Source: a bacterium (GTDB taxonomy: Bacteria; UBA8248; JACPRG01; G963555815). From it: a stretch of 64,000 nt of DNA. Every line of letters begins with the position of its first letter. Positions within the stretch are counted from its first letter, which is position 1. This document shows positions 38,542 through 49,393 of the stretch, piece by piece. Both the position numbers and the translations under genes were made by a program. The notes beneath the pieces are model-generated. The model did not search any database. It was given only the letters and a program-made list of their open reading frames with translations, and was not told the DNA's origin. Location: positions 3,200,001 through 3,264,000 of the forward strand of contig OZ244653.1 in NCBI GenBank assembly GCA_965218795.1, read 5' to 3'.

Positions 38542-39700
38542 CTCGCGGCCCCTCCGGCTCCTTCGTCCACTGAGAGGAATAATCGGAGGAAAGTGAAGGA
38601 AGGCAATCAACGATTTCCTTGGGTTCCTTCTCCGTCAGCTTGATTTCCGGCAGGGACGCATCCAGCCGACCGATAAAGGGTTCGGCCTTATCGCCGGTGA
38701 CATCCTCGTAATGCTCGACAAACTCTGCCAGGGTCGCGATGGAGCCGTTATGCCCATAAAGGGGGCCGTCCATCTCAGTTCCCGCAGCCTCGGCGTTCGA
38801 AAAGCCCCGAGAGAAGCCTTGGCGATCTTCTAATCCTCCGGCCTGATCCACGGCAATCCGTCGGCGTACTTTCCGATGCCGCGAAAGGCGGCTTTCTTCA
38901 GCTTTGCCAGGCTCTCATACCGACCCTTGTCATTGAACAGCCCGGATGGAACTCCGACGTTGTGGAACTCGTCGTCCGAGAACAATGGCGTATTGTGGCA
39001 AATTTCGCATCCCTTGCTGAGAAAAAGCTGAAAGCCCCGCTGGGCGCTGACTCTGAAAGCGCGGTGCGGCCTCCCGCCACAAAGAGGTCGAACGGAGCGT
39101 TTCCCGCTCACGATTTTCATTTCATAGGCCGCAATGATTTTCAGGATGGACGAGAACACCCGGTTGACTGCAACCTTTTCCCGCGGCAACAGGTCATCAT
39201 AGCCGGGATCCCCCGGCTTTCCGGAATCCGAAAGCCTCGGCCAGAGCGCATCCCAGCCCTCCGGAACCTCAGTCAATTCGCGCAGATCCCGGCCGTAGTG
39301 ACGCATGACGGTCTTGATTACGTGCAGGCGGATCGACCCCATCTCCTCCGTGCTCTCGACGGGGGCCCCGACGCCTGATTCCAGAGAGAATCTCTCGCCC
39401 CATCCCACGTCAGCCACCGGTATTGGCCTGCGTTGAGGATCGTCATCGTGTTCCGGTGGACGGGCTTGATGGTGTGGGCCACCTTCTTCCCGTACGAGCC
39501 GATGGCGATACCGAGCACGGCGAAATCATCCGCGCCGAAACGCTCTTGGAGACGTTGCAGGGTGGGCATCTCCGCCAGACATGCGGGGCACCGGGAAGCC
39601 CGGGATCACCACCTTGCCCCTGAAATCGCTGAACCAGACGTTTTCCCCGTTCAGAGAGGGCGCTGCTCTCGGACGATTTGGCCTGCGATTTATCCGTCTC
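38525..39700 (-). pseudogene. Fragmented cytochrome c peroxidase/MauG-like gene joined to a TlpA-like fragment
   Basis: Pieces in different frames: SDFRGKVV / MPTLQRLQERF (TlpA); RNTMTILN..WLTWDGARDSLWNQA; RGFQLFLSKGCEICHNTPLFSDDEFHNVG; YGHNGSIATLAEFVEHY. Confidence 0.75.
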
Positions 39701-39819
39701 CCCCTTTCCGGCCTGAAGCTCGGACGGAAGAAGACAGATCGCCCCCACGCGCAGCCCACTGACGACCCGGCTTGTGCTCCGTTGCCATGGGATCAACCGA
39801 TTTCGGTTCACAAGAAACT

Positions 39820-40371
39820 TCACTTTGAATTTCCTCGGTCCATGACCTTCCGAATCATCTGAACGGTCTCTTTCCTGTCCCAATCCCGAGGACCGACGGC
39901 CTGGTGGACAATTCCTCCCTCCCGATCGAGAAGGAAGGTTGTCGGCATCCCGCGAACGCCGAAAGCCCGCATGACTTCCATGTCCTGGTCCAAAAGGATC
40001 GGGAAGGTGATATTCAACTTTTTCACGAAGGCCGCGGCCACCCGCTTCCCCTGGGAATCAATGCTGACCGCCAGGAGAACGAAATCCGGTCCTTTGAGCT
40101 TTCCATACAGCCTCTCCATGGACGGCATTTCGTGTACGCATGGGGAGCACCACGTCGCCCAGAAATTGAGAAGGACCACTTTGCCCCGGAAGGCCTTCAA
40201 GGTCTGTTTTGACCCGTCGAGCGTCGGAAGCTCGAATTCAGGGGCCGATCGGTTCCGCTTCGCCGCCCAGGCGACGGATCCGGCAAATTCCGGGCCCGCC
40301 AACTGAACCGTTGAAATGACGAAGACCACTGGAAAAATCAAGCCAGCGACAGAGTTCAGAAGTCGCATCAC
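39820..40371 (-). CDS. TlpA/ResA family thiol-disulfide oxidoreductase
   Basis: GKVVLLNFWATWCSPCVHEMP, GVRGMPTTFLLDREG. Confidence 0.92.
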   Translation of the reverse strand: MMRLLNSVAGLIFPVVFVISTVQLAGPEFAGSVAWAAKRNRSAPEFELPTLDGSKQTLKAFRGKVVLLNFWATWCSPCVHEMPSMERLYGKLKGPDFVLLAVSIDSQGKRVAAAFVKKLNITFPILLDQDMEVMRAFGVRGMPTTFLLDREGGIVHQAVGPRDWDRKETVQMIRKVMDRGNSK

Positions 40372-40549
40372 CCGCCCCTGATTCTATTCACGGCTCAACC
40401 GGCTGGACTTCCCCGCCCGCTCTTTCTGTAAAGGATAACGGATTGAAGCGGGAAGAAATTCCGAGGCCGAATCTTTCGGCCCATTGGGCCAACCCATGGA
40501 ATCCGTTTCAATGCGCAAAGCAGAAGTGATCTTCAGTCCCCGTTTCGAA

Positions 40550-43174
40550 TCACTCTTCCACCAACGGATCCTCGTCCTCCGGGTCATCGGGATCGAATTC
40601 GGTGTCAGGCAAGTGCGGACCCGGAAGGGAACTCTCCTCTTCCGGGGTGGGCGGGCCGGGCGGATGCTCTTCCGAATCCGCGGGATCCTCCTCTTCTTCC
40701 TCATCTCCCGATGCGCCGGAACGTCCGAACTCACGGAGGCCCTCGGCCAGATCCTGAAGTCTGGCGTCCACCAGACCGTGTACCGAGTCATCGGGAAATT
40801 CGCCTTCCTCACCCCGTTCCCCCGCCTGGACCCCCGTCAGGATCTCAACCCCTTCGTCCACGTTGGAAACGGAATAGATGTGGAATTTCCCCTCCCGGAC
40901 GGCTTCAATCACCTCGTCATCCAACATCAGATTGCTTACGTTCTGCCGGGGGATGATCACTCCCTGATCTCCCGTGAGCCCCCGGGCCTTGCAGACGTGA
41001 TAGAACCCCTCCACCTTCTCGTTGACGCCGCCGATGGGCTGGATCACGCCCCGCTGATTCACCGAGCCGGTCACGGCGATTCCCTGATTGATGGGCAATC
41101 CCGACAGGCTCGAGAGTAACGCATAAAGTTCGGTCGACGAGGCGCTGTCGCCCTCGACCCCCTCGTACGACTGCTCGAAGCATATACTGGCAGACAGAGA
41201 CATCGGGCGCCCGCAGGCGTACTGGCCGCCCATGTAGCCGGAGAGGATCAGGATTCCCTTGTCGTGCGTGCGGCCGGACATCTTGGATTCCCGCTCGATG
41301 TTGATGACGCCCTCCTCGCCCATGTAGGTCCGGACGGTGATCCGGGAAGGCTTGCCGAACCGGTAATCTCCCAGGTCGTAAACGGCGAGCCCATTGACCT
41401 GCCCGACCACTTTGCCTTCGGTGTCTACAAGCAGGACGTCCTCGGTGATCAGTTCCTGGAGACGATCCTCGGTGAGATTGGACCGCTTTTTTCGCTCGTC
41501 CAACGCCTTCTGCACGTCTTCCCGGCCTATGATCCTGTTTCCGTTCTGGCCGCTCCAGTAGGTGGCCTCGTACATCAAATCCTGGATATCGCTCAGGCGC
41601 GTGGACAGCTTTTTCTGGTCGTCCACGGACCGGGCCGCGTGTTCGATAATCCGGGCGACGGCCTCGCGGTGAATAGACGGGAGCCCCTCCTGACTGCACC
41701 GGCAGGCGATGTAGCCTGCGTACTCCAGGAGTTGGCTCTCCTCTTTCTCCATCCGGGTGTCAAAATCGGCCTTGACCTTGAACAGCTTTCGAAAGTCTTC
41801 ATCGTAATTCAGGAGGAGGTGATAGAGGTACGGGTTTCCGATCATGACGACTTTCAAGTCAGTGGGAATCGGCGTTGGCTTTATTCCGCCCAGCGTCATA
41901 TAACCCAACATCTCCCCCAATTCCTCGATCTGGATCTTTCCCGTCCGCAGGGTTCGCTTCAGGGCGCTCCATACGCCGGGGTTCGTCAGGGCGTCAAGAG
42001 CATGGAAGACGAGATAGCCTCCGTTCGCCCGACTGACCGAACCCGCCTTGATCATCGTCGCATCAGTGAAATAGGCCCCGAAGGAAGCCTTCTTCTCGAT
42101 AATCCCGAACAGGTTTTGAAATGTCGGGTTGCTCTCGAAGATGACCGGCGGGTGCTCCAACTCGGAGTTGTCGACGAACACGTTGACGCGATATGAAGCG
42201 AACGGATCCTGCCCGGGCTGGGTGATTCGGATTTCCTGTCCGGCAGGGCCCTCCCCCGCACCCTCGCGGCCCTCCTCGGCCGTCTCCTGACCCAAAGGGG
42301 CAACGGCCACATCCTGGCCGCCCTTCCGGAATTCGTCCAGTCGGGTCAGTACGTCCTCCTGAACCTGCTCAAAGTAATCCAGCACTTCGGAGAATTCGGC
42401 ATGGGTATCCTTAAGGTTCTGCATATGGACGGTGATGACCCGAAGTCCAACTTCTCGCTGGAGCGACCGCGCCCGTTCCCGGACATCCTTTTCCAGGGCC
42501 TTCATTTTCTTGAAGAACTCGCCGAGTTTTTGATTGAAACCGGTGCGCTTCTTCTCGATCTCCTCCTTCACTTCCGGGTTGAGGGCGTTGTATTGCTCGT
42601 CGGTAAGGGCTTGGTCGTTGATGACAGGCGCCAAAACGAATCCAAGCTGGGTCGTTCGGATGGAAAATCCTTCCTTTTTCGCCTCCTCCCCCAACGCACG
42701 GAAGAACTCCTGCTGCTTTGCCTGACTTTCCTCCACGACCTTGTTGCGCTCGCGCTCGAAATCCTCGCTCTCAAAGGCCTTCGGGATGTCGGTCAGGAGG
42801 TCCTGAAGAAGCTCTTCCATATTCTCGGCGAGCTTCTTGCCGGTGCCGGCCGGCAACCTGAACGCGACGGGGTTCTCAGGGTGATTGAAGTTGTGGACGT
42901 ACACCCAGTCACTCGGAACGGGCTTGTCCACGACACGCTGCTTGCAATAGTCCATGCTGATAGACGTCCGTCCCGTCCCTGGAACCCCCGCCACATAGAT
43001 GTTGAAGCCCGGCCGGTCAATGCCCAGACCGAAATCCAGTGCGCGGGCCGCCCGGTCTTGACCCATGATGCCTTCCAGCGGCGGGCATTTGTCCGTTGTC
43101 TCGAAGGGAAAGAGCCCGGGGTCGCAGGTCCACTTCAGGGATTCGGGGGGCAGCTCAAGATCTTTGCGAGTCAT
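40550..43174 (-). CDS. Lon-type (S16) protease, LonB/LonC-like
   Basis: GQDRA, GVPGTGRT, RANGGYL, VGQVNGLAV, FEQSYEGVEGDSASS, AVTGSVNQ, GGVNEKVEGF; acidic tail. Confidence 0.9.
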   Translation of the reverse strand: MTRKDLELPPESLKWTCDPGLFPFETTDKCPPLEGIMGQDRAARALDFGLGIDRPGFNIYVAGVPGTGRTSISMDYCKQRVVDKPVPSDWVYVHNFNHPENPVAFRLPAGTGKKLAENMEELLQDLLTDIPKAFESEDFERERNKVVEESQAKQQEFFRALGEEAKKEGFSIRTTQLGFVLAPVINDQALTDEQYNALNPEVKEEIEKKRTGFNQKLGEFFKKMKALEKDVRERARSLQREVGLRVITVHMQNLKDTHAEFSEVLDYFEQVQEDVLTRLDEFRKGGQDVAVAPLGQETAEEGREGAGEGPAGQEIRITQPGQDPFASYRVNVFVDNSELEHPPVIFESNPTFQNLFGIIEKKASFGAYFTDATMIKAGSVSRANGGYLVFHALDALTNPGVWSALKRTLRTGKIQIEELGEMLGYMTLGGIKPTPIPTDLKVVMIGNPYLYHLLLNYDEDFRKLFKVKADFDTRMEKEESQLLEYAGYIACRCSQEGLPSIHREAVARIIEHAARSVDDQKKLSTRLSDIQDLMYEATYWSGQNGNRIIGREDVQKALDERKKRSNLTEDRLQELITEDVLLVDTEGKVVGQVNGLAVYDLGDYRFGKPSRITVRTYMGEEGVINIERESKMSGRTHDKGILILSGYMGGQYACGRPMSLSASICFEQSYEGVEGDSASSTELYALLSSLSGLPINQGIAVTGSVNQRGVIQPIGGVNEKVEGFYHVCKARGLTGDQGVIIPRQNVSNLMLDDEVIEAVREGKFHIYSVSNVDEGVEILTGVQAGERGEEGEFPDDSVHGLVDARLQDLAEGLREFGRSGASGDEEEEEDPADSEEHPPGPPTPEEESSLPGPHLPDTEFDPDDPEDEDPLVEE

Positions 43175-43450
43175 TTTCGCTCCAATCCTCATTCGGAAAA
43201 TATCCGTCTCCTCAAGAATCTTGACGACGCACTGAGGATGATCGTCGGATCAGGTTATATAACTGGGTAAGCTCATGGAACTTTGCAACGGGGCGCCTTC
43301 CACTCCCCGAAGCCTGTCAATGTATCATACCGGCTGGATCATCGACTGAACAGACGGAGGATAGCCCGGCTGAACCCCTGAATACCACATGCCCCATGGC
43401 ATTCTTCCAACGGCGGCCGAAAGGCGGGAGTTCCAGGAGGAATCTTCGAG

Positions 43451-44387
43451 GTGACCGACAGGAAAGCCCGGAAGGTCGGCTTTCGGGCGACAGGACCCGG
43501 AAAGGCGACCTATCTTGGATTGACAGGGAACGGCGGACTCTTTGTCCTCAAGGCCCTGGTGGCCTGGCTCACGGGGAGTCTCGCCGTTCTGTCCGACGCC
43601 TTGAACTCCCTGACCGACACGTTCGGCTCCATCGCGGTCCTGGTTTGCGTCCGACTCGGCGCACAAGAGGCCGACGAGTCCCACCCCTTCGGGCACGGCC
43701 GGGCCGAGCCGGTCGCCGCCCTGGTCATCGCCATTCTGGCGGGCGTGATGGGCTTCGAGATGATGAAGCTCGGCGTTCAGTCCTTCTGGGGGGAGGCCGT
43801 GATCGCGAGAAGCTGGGTCGCCATCGTGGCCCTGTCGATCACGATTCTTGCGAAAAGCGGGATGACCGCATCCTTACAACGCGCAGGCCGTCTCTCCAAC
43901 AGCCCCGCGCTGCTGGCAAGCGTGACCGATTCCCGAAACGATGTATTCGTCTCGGCGGTGGCTCTGGCGGGCGTCATCGGCGGGTCACTGGGCTGGACGA
44001 GACTCGACGCGGTGGCCGCGATCATCATCGGCCTGGAGATTATTCGGCCTGGAGATTATGAGGACGGGCTTTCAGATCGGCACAAAAAACATCGGATACC
44101 TGATGGGCCGGGAACCTGAACGATCGAGAGTGGAGGAAATCCGCCAAACCGCGCTCGAAACGAGGGGAGTCAAAGGTGTCCACGATCTGCGGGCTCACTA
44201 CGTCGGCAATTTGATCCATGTAGAAATCCACGTGGAAATCGACCTGGAACTGGGGGCGCAGGAGGCTCATGACATCGCGGCGTCCGTGCATGCGGCGGTG
44301 GAAAACCTGCCCCAGGTGGAAGAAGCCTTCATCCACCTGGATCCCATCTGGCAGCCCAGGCTGCCTCTCGAACCGCCAAACGCTTAA
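43451..44387 (+). pseudogene. Cation diffusion facilitator (FieF-like) frameshifted by a 16-bp tandem duplication
   Basis: SLAVLSDALNSLTD, HPFGHGRAE in frame 1; VHDLRAHYVG, EAHDIA, FIHLDP in frame 2; tcggcctggagattat duplicated at 44028-44059. Confidence 0.85.
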
Positions 44388-44389
44388 AA

Positions 44390-44540
44390 CCTGGGGCCTT
44401 TTGGGGCGCTTGCGCGCCGGCCATTTCGCGGATGAGAATCTTTCCCAGGATTATGGCCTCTGTGGCGTACGTCCATGCGATAGCTTGATGAGCAGGCATG
44501 AAAGTGCGTAAAGCTGACACGATGTATCCCCCCCACCCCC
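44390..44540. repeat. Diverged intergenic repeat, copy A (homologous to 56220-56375)
   Basis: Colinear blocks gccggcc.tttcgcggatgag, tgtggcg, tgcgat, aggcatg..agtgc, gacac, ccccca shared with copy B. Confidence 0.65.
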
Positions 44541-44803
44541 CGGAAAACCATTTGCGGTGCACGTCCCCCTGCTCATCGACAGTCCCGCAACGCGGAACAA
44601 CCCGAGTTCCACCGACCCTCGTGGGGAATCTGCTCAAGCGGGTCGATTCCGCAATAGTCAAAATGCACTTTGAGAAAATGCGCTTTCTGGCGAAAACTGC
44701 ATCGAAGACGCGGGCGAAGGCGGCGAACTGGTTAGAGTTGGTTCGGCCGATTTCGGGGCGGGACGGCTTTCAAAAAAGGCTCCCCTAGAAAGATCACGAA
44801 CCC

Positions 44804-45841
44804 TTACCGAAAAGTTTCCACACCCAGCTCGAGGACGTGCTGCGTATCCTCCTCCTCATGGCCTTTGCGGACGCCGTGAACATCGAGAACCGGGACCACC
44901 CCCGCCTCGAGGTACTTCGTGATCCGCTCTTGGATCACGTCGTCCTTGTAGCCCAGTCCGAAGGTTTCGATAAACTCGTCCTGCGCCTGAGCGGCGGCTT
45001 CTTCGCGCTGACCGTCCCACCACAATTGACGGACGCGCTCGCGGAGTTCGCCCCACTCCGTATGCGAAACGAACCAGTCGAACGTTTCAGAGGCCAGATG
45101 CCAGCAGACGGCCTTCCGGAGGTTGGTCGACCCGTCGCCGCGGTTGACCCCGACCGGCTGATTGGACAGGACGTGGACCTCGTCAGGGTTGCGGCCCGAG
45201 CGTTCAGCACCGATGGCGATATTTTTTTTCACATCATCGAGGGCTTCCAGCGGGAAGTGAGTCATGATTACGCCGTCGGCCATCTCGCCGGCGAGCTGGA
45301 GCATCTTGGGGTTGATGGCGCTGATGTAGACGGGGACTTCCCTTCCTTCGGGGACCCCGATACGCAGCCGGAAATCCCGCTGGACGTTGAAAATTTTCCC
45401 TTCATAGGTCAGACGGTCGCCGCGCATGAGGGGCCGGATGATCTCGAGCGTCTCCCGGCATCGTTGGACCGGCCGTCTGAACTCGATCCCGTGCCCGTGG
45501 GTGATGATCTGAGTTCCCCCCGGACCGATACCCAGAATGAAGCGGCCGCCGGATAGTTCGTCCAGCGCAAAGGCCCCCATGGCCAGAAGTGTCGGGGTAT
45601 GGCTGAAGTAGCTGACGATGTTCGTCCCGACCCGGATGGACGACGCTCCCAGGGCCTGCAAGGTCGCCTGGGCGAAAGCGTCCCGGTCGTTCGTCTCGAT
45701 ATTCCAGGCACGATCGTATCCCATCTCCTCCGCCTTTCGGGTCATCTCGGTGAAATAGTTCTTCAAGCCTGGAGGCTGGCGGGGCACGCGGGGGGTGACG
45801 ATGTACATGTCCGGTTTGCTGTATCGGGGGTCTACGCTCAT
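44804..45841 (-). CDS. LLM-class (luciferase-like, possibly F420-dependent) oxidoreductase
   Basis: AEEMGYDRAW, IRVGTNIV, LDELSGGRFILGIG, PKMLQLAGEMADG. Confidence 0.88.
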   Translation of the reverse strand: MSVDPRYSKPDMYIVTPRVPRQPPGLKNYFTEMTRKAEEMGYDRAWNIETNDRDAFAQATLQALGASSIRVGTNIVSYFSHTPTLLAMGAFALDELSGGRFILGIGPGGTQIITHGHGIEFRRPVQRCRETLEIIRPLMRGDRLTYEGKIFNVQRDFRLRIGVPEGREVPVYISAINPKMLQLAGEMADGVIMTHFPLEALDDVKKNIAIGAERSGRNPDEVHVLSNQPVGVNRGDGSTNLRKAVCWHLASETFDWFVSHTEWGELRERVRQLWWDGQREEAAAQAQDEFIETFGLGYKDDVIQERITKYLEAGVVPVLDVHGVRKGHEEEDTQHVLELGVETFR

Positions 45842-45969
45842 TGTTCACTTTCCTCTTGTTCCCGGCCGGAATGTATCGAGAAAGCCGATGAGGGGATTCT
45901 TGAGGACCGGATGATTTTCAGCGATCGGGCTGAAAAGCAGGGGCTGCGCGGCACGGCTCCGATCCGGCT

Positions 45970-47040
45970 TCAGTCGTCCAGGCCCGGTCCCGGATCTCGA
46001 ACCAAAGGCATGGTCACGCAGCGGATACCGTTCGTTCCCGCCTGAAGGCCCGTGGTGTCGAAGTCGATAATCTCCACCTCCGCCGAACGCAGTTGCTTGA
46101 TGGTCTCTTTGGCGTTGGAGTCGATGATCACCTTGCCGGGCTCGACAATCACGAAGTTTGCCGGGTAGTACTTGTGATGCTCCTCTTTCCCGACTTCGAT
46201 GATTCGGAAGTTCTTCTCCTTGAGCCAGCGGTAGACCCCGTAATCCAGATATCCGGGGTAAACCACCGCCACGCGGAGGTCGGCCACGCCGAAGACCATG
46301 TCCAGATGAAACTCCCCCCCGGCCTCGAAGTCGTTCATGACCGTCCCGCAGTTGGCGATGGGGGTCTCCTTTACGCCACACCTATCAAAAACGGAAAGGA
46401 CCTGGGCCAGACCGTCGTCATTCGAAGAACACGAGCGGTAGCCCATAATGACATCCTCCGCGACGGCAACGAACACGCCCGCCTCGCAAATGCCCATCCC
46501 ATGGATCGTGTGAAGAATCGGGCAATTGATCTCCGCGAAGAACTTCGTGAAGTTGACCTCGAGACCTCGAACGTAGGAGGCATGACCCTGGCGGGAGACA
46601 ATGGCGCCGCCCTTGACCACCAGTGGAAAGGCCCCCATAAAGAGCTTTCGCATGGGACCATAAGCCCCCCAGCTATGAGGGGACTTCATCCAGCGAACCT
46701 TGACGCCTGCGCTCTCCAGAAGCTTGGCGTAATCCTCGAATCCCCGCTGAAGCCGCTCCAGGTCGATGCGCACCCGCCGCAGGAAGAAAAAATTCCGATC
46801 CTTTTCCCAGAGAGGATCGACCTCGTGCTCGGTCGGCCATATCAGTGCGACCTCCCGGAGTTTGCCAATCCCCTGACCGCCTCCCCACCGGGATCCCCAA
46901 ATGGCCTCCACCTCGTCGAGAAAGCCGTACTGCTCCAGAACTTCCACTCGGGGCGGGACGCCCGGTTCGAAATCGGGGTAGTTGGTGAGCGGGTAATCCT
47001 CAAGCGGACCTTCCCATCCTTGCGGTGATGACTCAGCCAT
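45970..47040 (-). CDS. Amidinotransferase/dimethylarginase (pentein) family protein
   Basis: GKLREVAL, CEAG, FHLDM, C-terminal GIRCVTMPLVRD with catalytic Cys. Confidence 0.8.
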   Translation of the reverse strand: MAESSPQGWEGPLEDYPLTNYPDFEPGVPPRVEVLEQYGFLDEVEAIWGSRWGGGQGIGKLREVALIWPTEHEVDPLWEKDRNFFFLRRVRIDLERLQRGFEDYAKLLESAGVKVRWMKSPHSWGAYGPMRKLFMGAFPLVVKGGAIVSRQGHASYVRGLEVNFTKFFAEINCPILHTIHGMGICEAGVFVAVAEDVIMGYRSCSSNDDGLAQVLSVFDRCGVKETPIANCGTVMNDFEAGGEFHLDMVFGVADLRVAVVYPGYLDYGVYRWLKEKNFRIIEVGKEEHHKYYPANFVIVEPGKVIIDSNAKETIKQLRSAEVEIIDFDTTGLQAGTNGIRCVTMPLVRDPGPGLDD

Positions 47041-47215
47041 TATTCCTTCCCCTTTCCGTATTGCGGGTCATGAACCACATCACTCGGTTCGGGACGCATA
47101 CGTCCCTCTGTTGAACTGACTTCTCCCCTCATTCCAAAAGGCGAATTCAGCATAATGGGTTGGCAAGAGTGCGATTCAGGGCAAGCCCTATCCGCTCGCT
47201 CGGCGCCCTCTACCG

Positions 47216-47692
47216 TCATCGGGTCAGCGAGACGTTCGCATGCCGATACATCTCAACGCATGGGTCCGTCATGACTCCTTCAATCACCCGGAGGTCCCAC
47301 CCCATCATCTCGGCAAACCGTTCGACCGTGTAGTCATGAAAATTGAATGCCAATTCCGCCAGGTCCTTGAGGTGCCGGTTGCGCGCGCCCATGACCAGGG
47401 CGTCGATGCCCGCGTTCAGAATCGCACCCAGGCACATCGGGCAGGGCTCGCAAGTCGCATAGAAGGTGCAACCAGTGATGATGCGCTGTTTCAGCTTCTG
47501 CGTCGCATACTTGACGGCCAGCGTTTCGGCGTGGGCCGTGGTATCCGAGGTAGAGACCTTCAGGCTTCTCGCCCTGCTGATGACTTCCCCATCCTTGGCG
47601 ACGACCGCGCCGAATGGTTGCTCCCCTGCCGCGAGCCCCCCCTTGGCTTCTTCGATGGCTATCGCCATGAAATACTCATGCCTGTCTTTCAT
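47216..47692 (-). CDS. Zn-dependent nucleoside/nucleobase deaminase
   Basis: PFGAVV, TAHAE, TCEPCPMC. Confidence 0.9.
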   Translation of the reverse strand: MKDRHEYFMAIAIEEAKGGLAAGEQPFGAVVAKDGEVISRARSLKVSTSDTTAHAETLAVKYATQKLKQRIITGCTFYATCEPCPMCLGAILNAGIDALVMGARNRHLKDLAELAFNFHDYTVERFAEMMGWDLRVIEGVMTDPCVEMYRHANVSLTR

Positions 47693-47845
47693 GAATTCAC
47701 CCCTCGACTTTACCCCGGGCCGCGCTGAATCACCGAACGGCTCGGTTCGCCCCTCATGGCCGACGTCGGTGCGCGAAGACCCAAGACGCCGCGTAAACTA
47801 ACGGAATATAACCGATTTTGGGAATTCGCGTATTCATTCATTCTG

Positions 47846-47860
47846 TTGACATTACGTCAA
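47846..47860. promoter_or_regulatory. Palindromic operator TTGAC-N5-GTCAA in divergent promoter region
   Basis: ttgacattacgtcaa within an AT-rich gap between deaminase and binding protein genes. Confidence 0.4.
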
Positions 47861-47952
47861 ATCATGTTGCATAAGATTGTTCATTGTCAAAGAAAATTTC
47901 TTTGGGTGGCGGGGCATCGCGGGAGATGTCCGGCATAGAGAGGAGTCAAGCG

Positions 47953-48960
47953 ATGTTAAGGATAAGAATGATCCTGTCATGCCTTCTGGTTGGGAGTCTG
48001 GGTTTCCTCTTCACACCGGCCTGGCTGCAGGCGCAAGGCGTATTGGACTTCTCTTTGGACTGGGTTATCGGGGGTCGGCACTCAGCTTATTTCCTCGCCC
48101 TCGAGAAGGGATATTACAAAGCGGCCGGATTGGACGTGAAAATTCATCGTGGGTACGGGTCCGCCGACGGCGTCAAAAGAATTGCGAGCAAAAGAGCCGC
48201 CTTCGCCTTCACGGGAGCCAGCGCGCTCATCCTGGCACAAGCGAGGAACAATGTGGCGGCCATGTACGTGGCGGCCATCTACAGCAACGCTCCCCACGGT
48301 CTCACCTATTTTGGAAGCAAGGGGATCAAGACGCCCAAGGATCTGGAAGGAAAGAAGATTGGAGGAACGGCGTTCAGCACCATTCGGATTCTCTTTCCCG
48401 CATTCGCCAAGGTGAGCGGGATTGACGGGAGCAAGGTTGAATGGATCCAGACCGACCCCGCAAGCCTGCCCGCCCTGCTTGGCGCAGGCAAGGTGGACGC
48501 CATCATCACGTATCCGATGGACCGGGAAATTCTCTCGCGGAAGTTTGGGCCCATGGGGCGCAAAGTCACGGGAATGCAATACGCGGACTATGGGATGCAG
48601 TTCTACAGCAACGGAATCACAACAAGTTCGGAGCGGGTCCGCAACAAACCGAAGGAAGTACGGGGATTCGTCCATGCGACCCTCCGGGGTCTGGCTGCGG
48701 CCTTCGGCAATCCGGAGGAGGCGGTGGACCTCATGCTCAAGTCGAACCCCTCGGTGAGCCGGGCACCCGCCATACCGGAGGTTGGCATCGTCCGGGGCCT
48801 GGTCCTCAGTGAGGAAGCCCTGATGTATGGGGTTGGCACCATGCTCGACGAGAAGATGAAGGTCACCCGCGACATCGTTCTGGGCGCCTACAACATCAAA
48901 AAGCAGGTCGATCTGAAAAACGTCTATACGAACAAATTCCTCCCGAAACGAGGGATGTAG
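47953..48960 (+). CDS. ABC transporter substrate-binding protein, NMT1/THI5-like
   Basis: Signal peptide, LDWVIGGRHS, LEKGYYKAAGLDV, TPKDLEGKKIG, YSNGI, VYTNKFL. Confidence 0.88.
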   Translation: MLRIRMILSCLLVGSLGFLFTPAWLQAQGVLDFSLDWVIGGRHSAYFLALEKGYYKAAGLDVKIHRGYGSADGVKRIASKRAAFAFTGASALILAQARNNVAAMYVAAIYSNAPHGLTYFGSKGIKTPKDLEGKKIGGTAFSTIRILFPAFAKVSGIDGSKVEWIQTDPASLPALLGAGKVDAIITYPMDREILSRKFGPMGRKVTGMQYADYGMQFYSNGITTSSERVRNKPKEVRGFVHATLRGLAAAFGNPEEAVDLMLKSNPSVSRAPAIPEVGIVRGLVLSEEALMYGVGTMLDEKMKVTRDIVLGAYNIKKQVDLKNVYTNKFLPKRGM

Positions 48961-49069
48961 CGAAGGGGTCGGCGGGCGGGATCCATCCTGTCCGAGGGAG
49001 CCCGCCCGCGAAAATCCGCGCCCGTTCCGTACGAAACGCTGTTGACCGAAGAAAATGAGGAGGAGTTCT

Positions 49070-49360
49070 TCATTCGACCGGCCACGCGACGGGAACCTTT
49101 ACGCCCGTACGGGCGTAAAGGCCCTCGGCCGCTTGCGCCACCCGTTCGAGGATCCCTTTTTCGTCCATCGTCAGGACCTTTCCCCGCCGCACCAACAGCC
49201 TCCCATCGACCATGACGCGAGACACATCCGGGCCGTTGACGGAGGCAACGAGCGCGCCTACGGGACCGGGAGCGGGCGTCAGATGCGGACACGCGCATAT
49301 CGACAGCCGTCAGGTCGGCGCGCTTCCCCGGCTCGGTCGACCCGAGTTCACCCCCGCGCG
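49070..49360 (-). pseudogene. C-terminal remnant of a metallo-amidohydrolase
   Basis: ELGSTEPGKRADLTAVD then, frameshifted, PVGALVASVNGPDVSRVMVDGRLLVRRGKVLTMDE. Confidence 0.7.
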
Positions 49361-49393
49361 CATCATGTCCGGCCGGCTCGAATTCGCCCGAAA

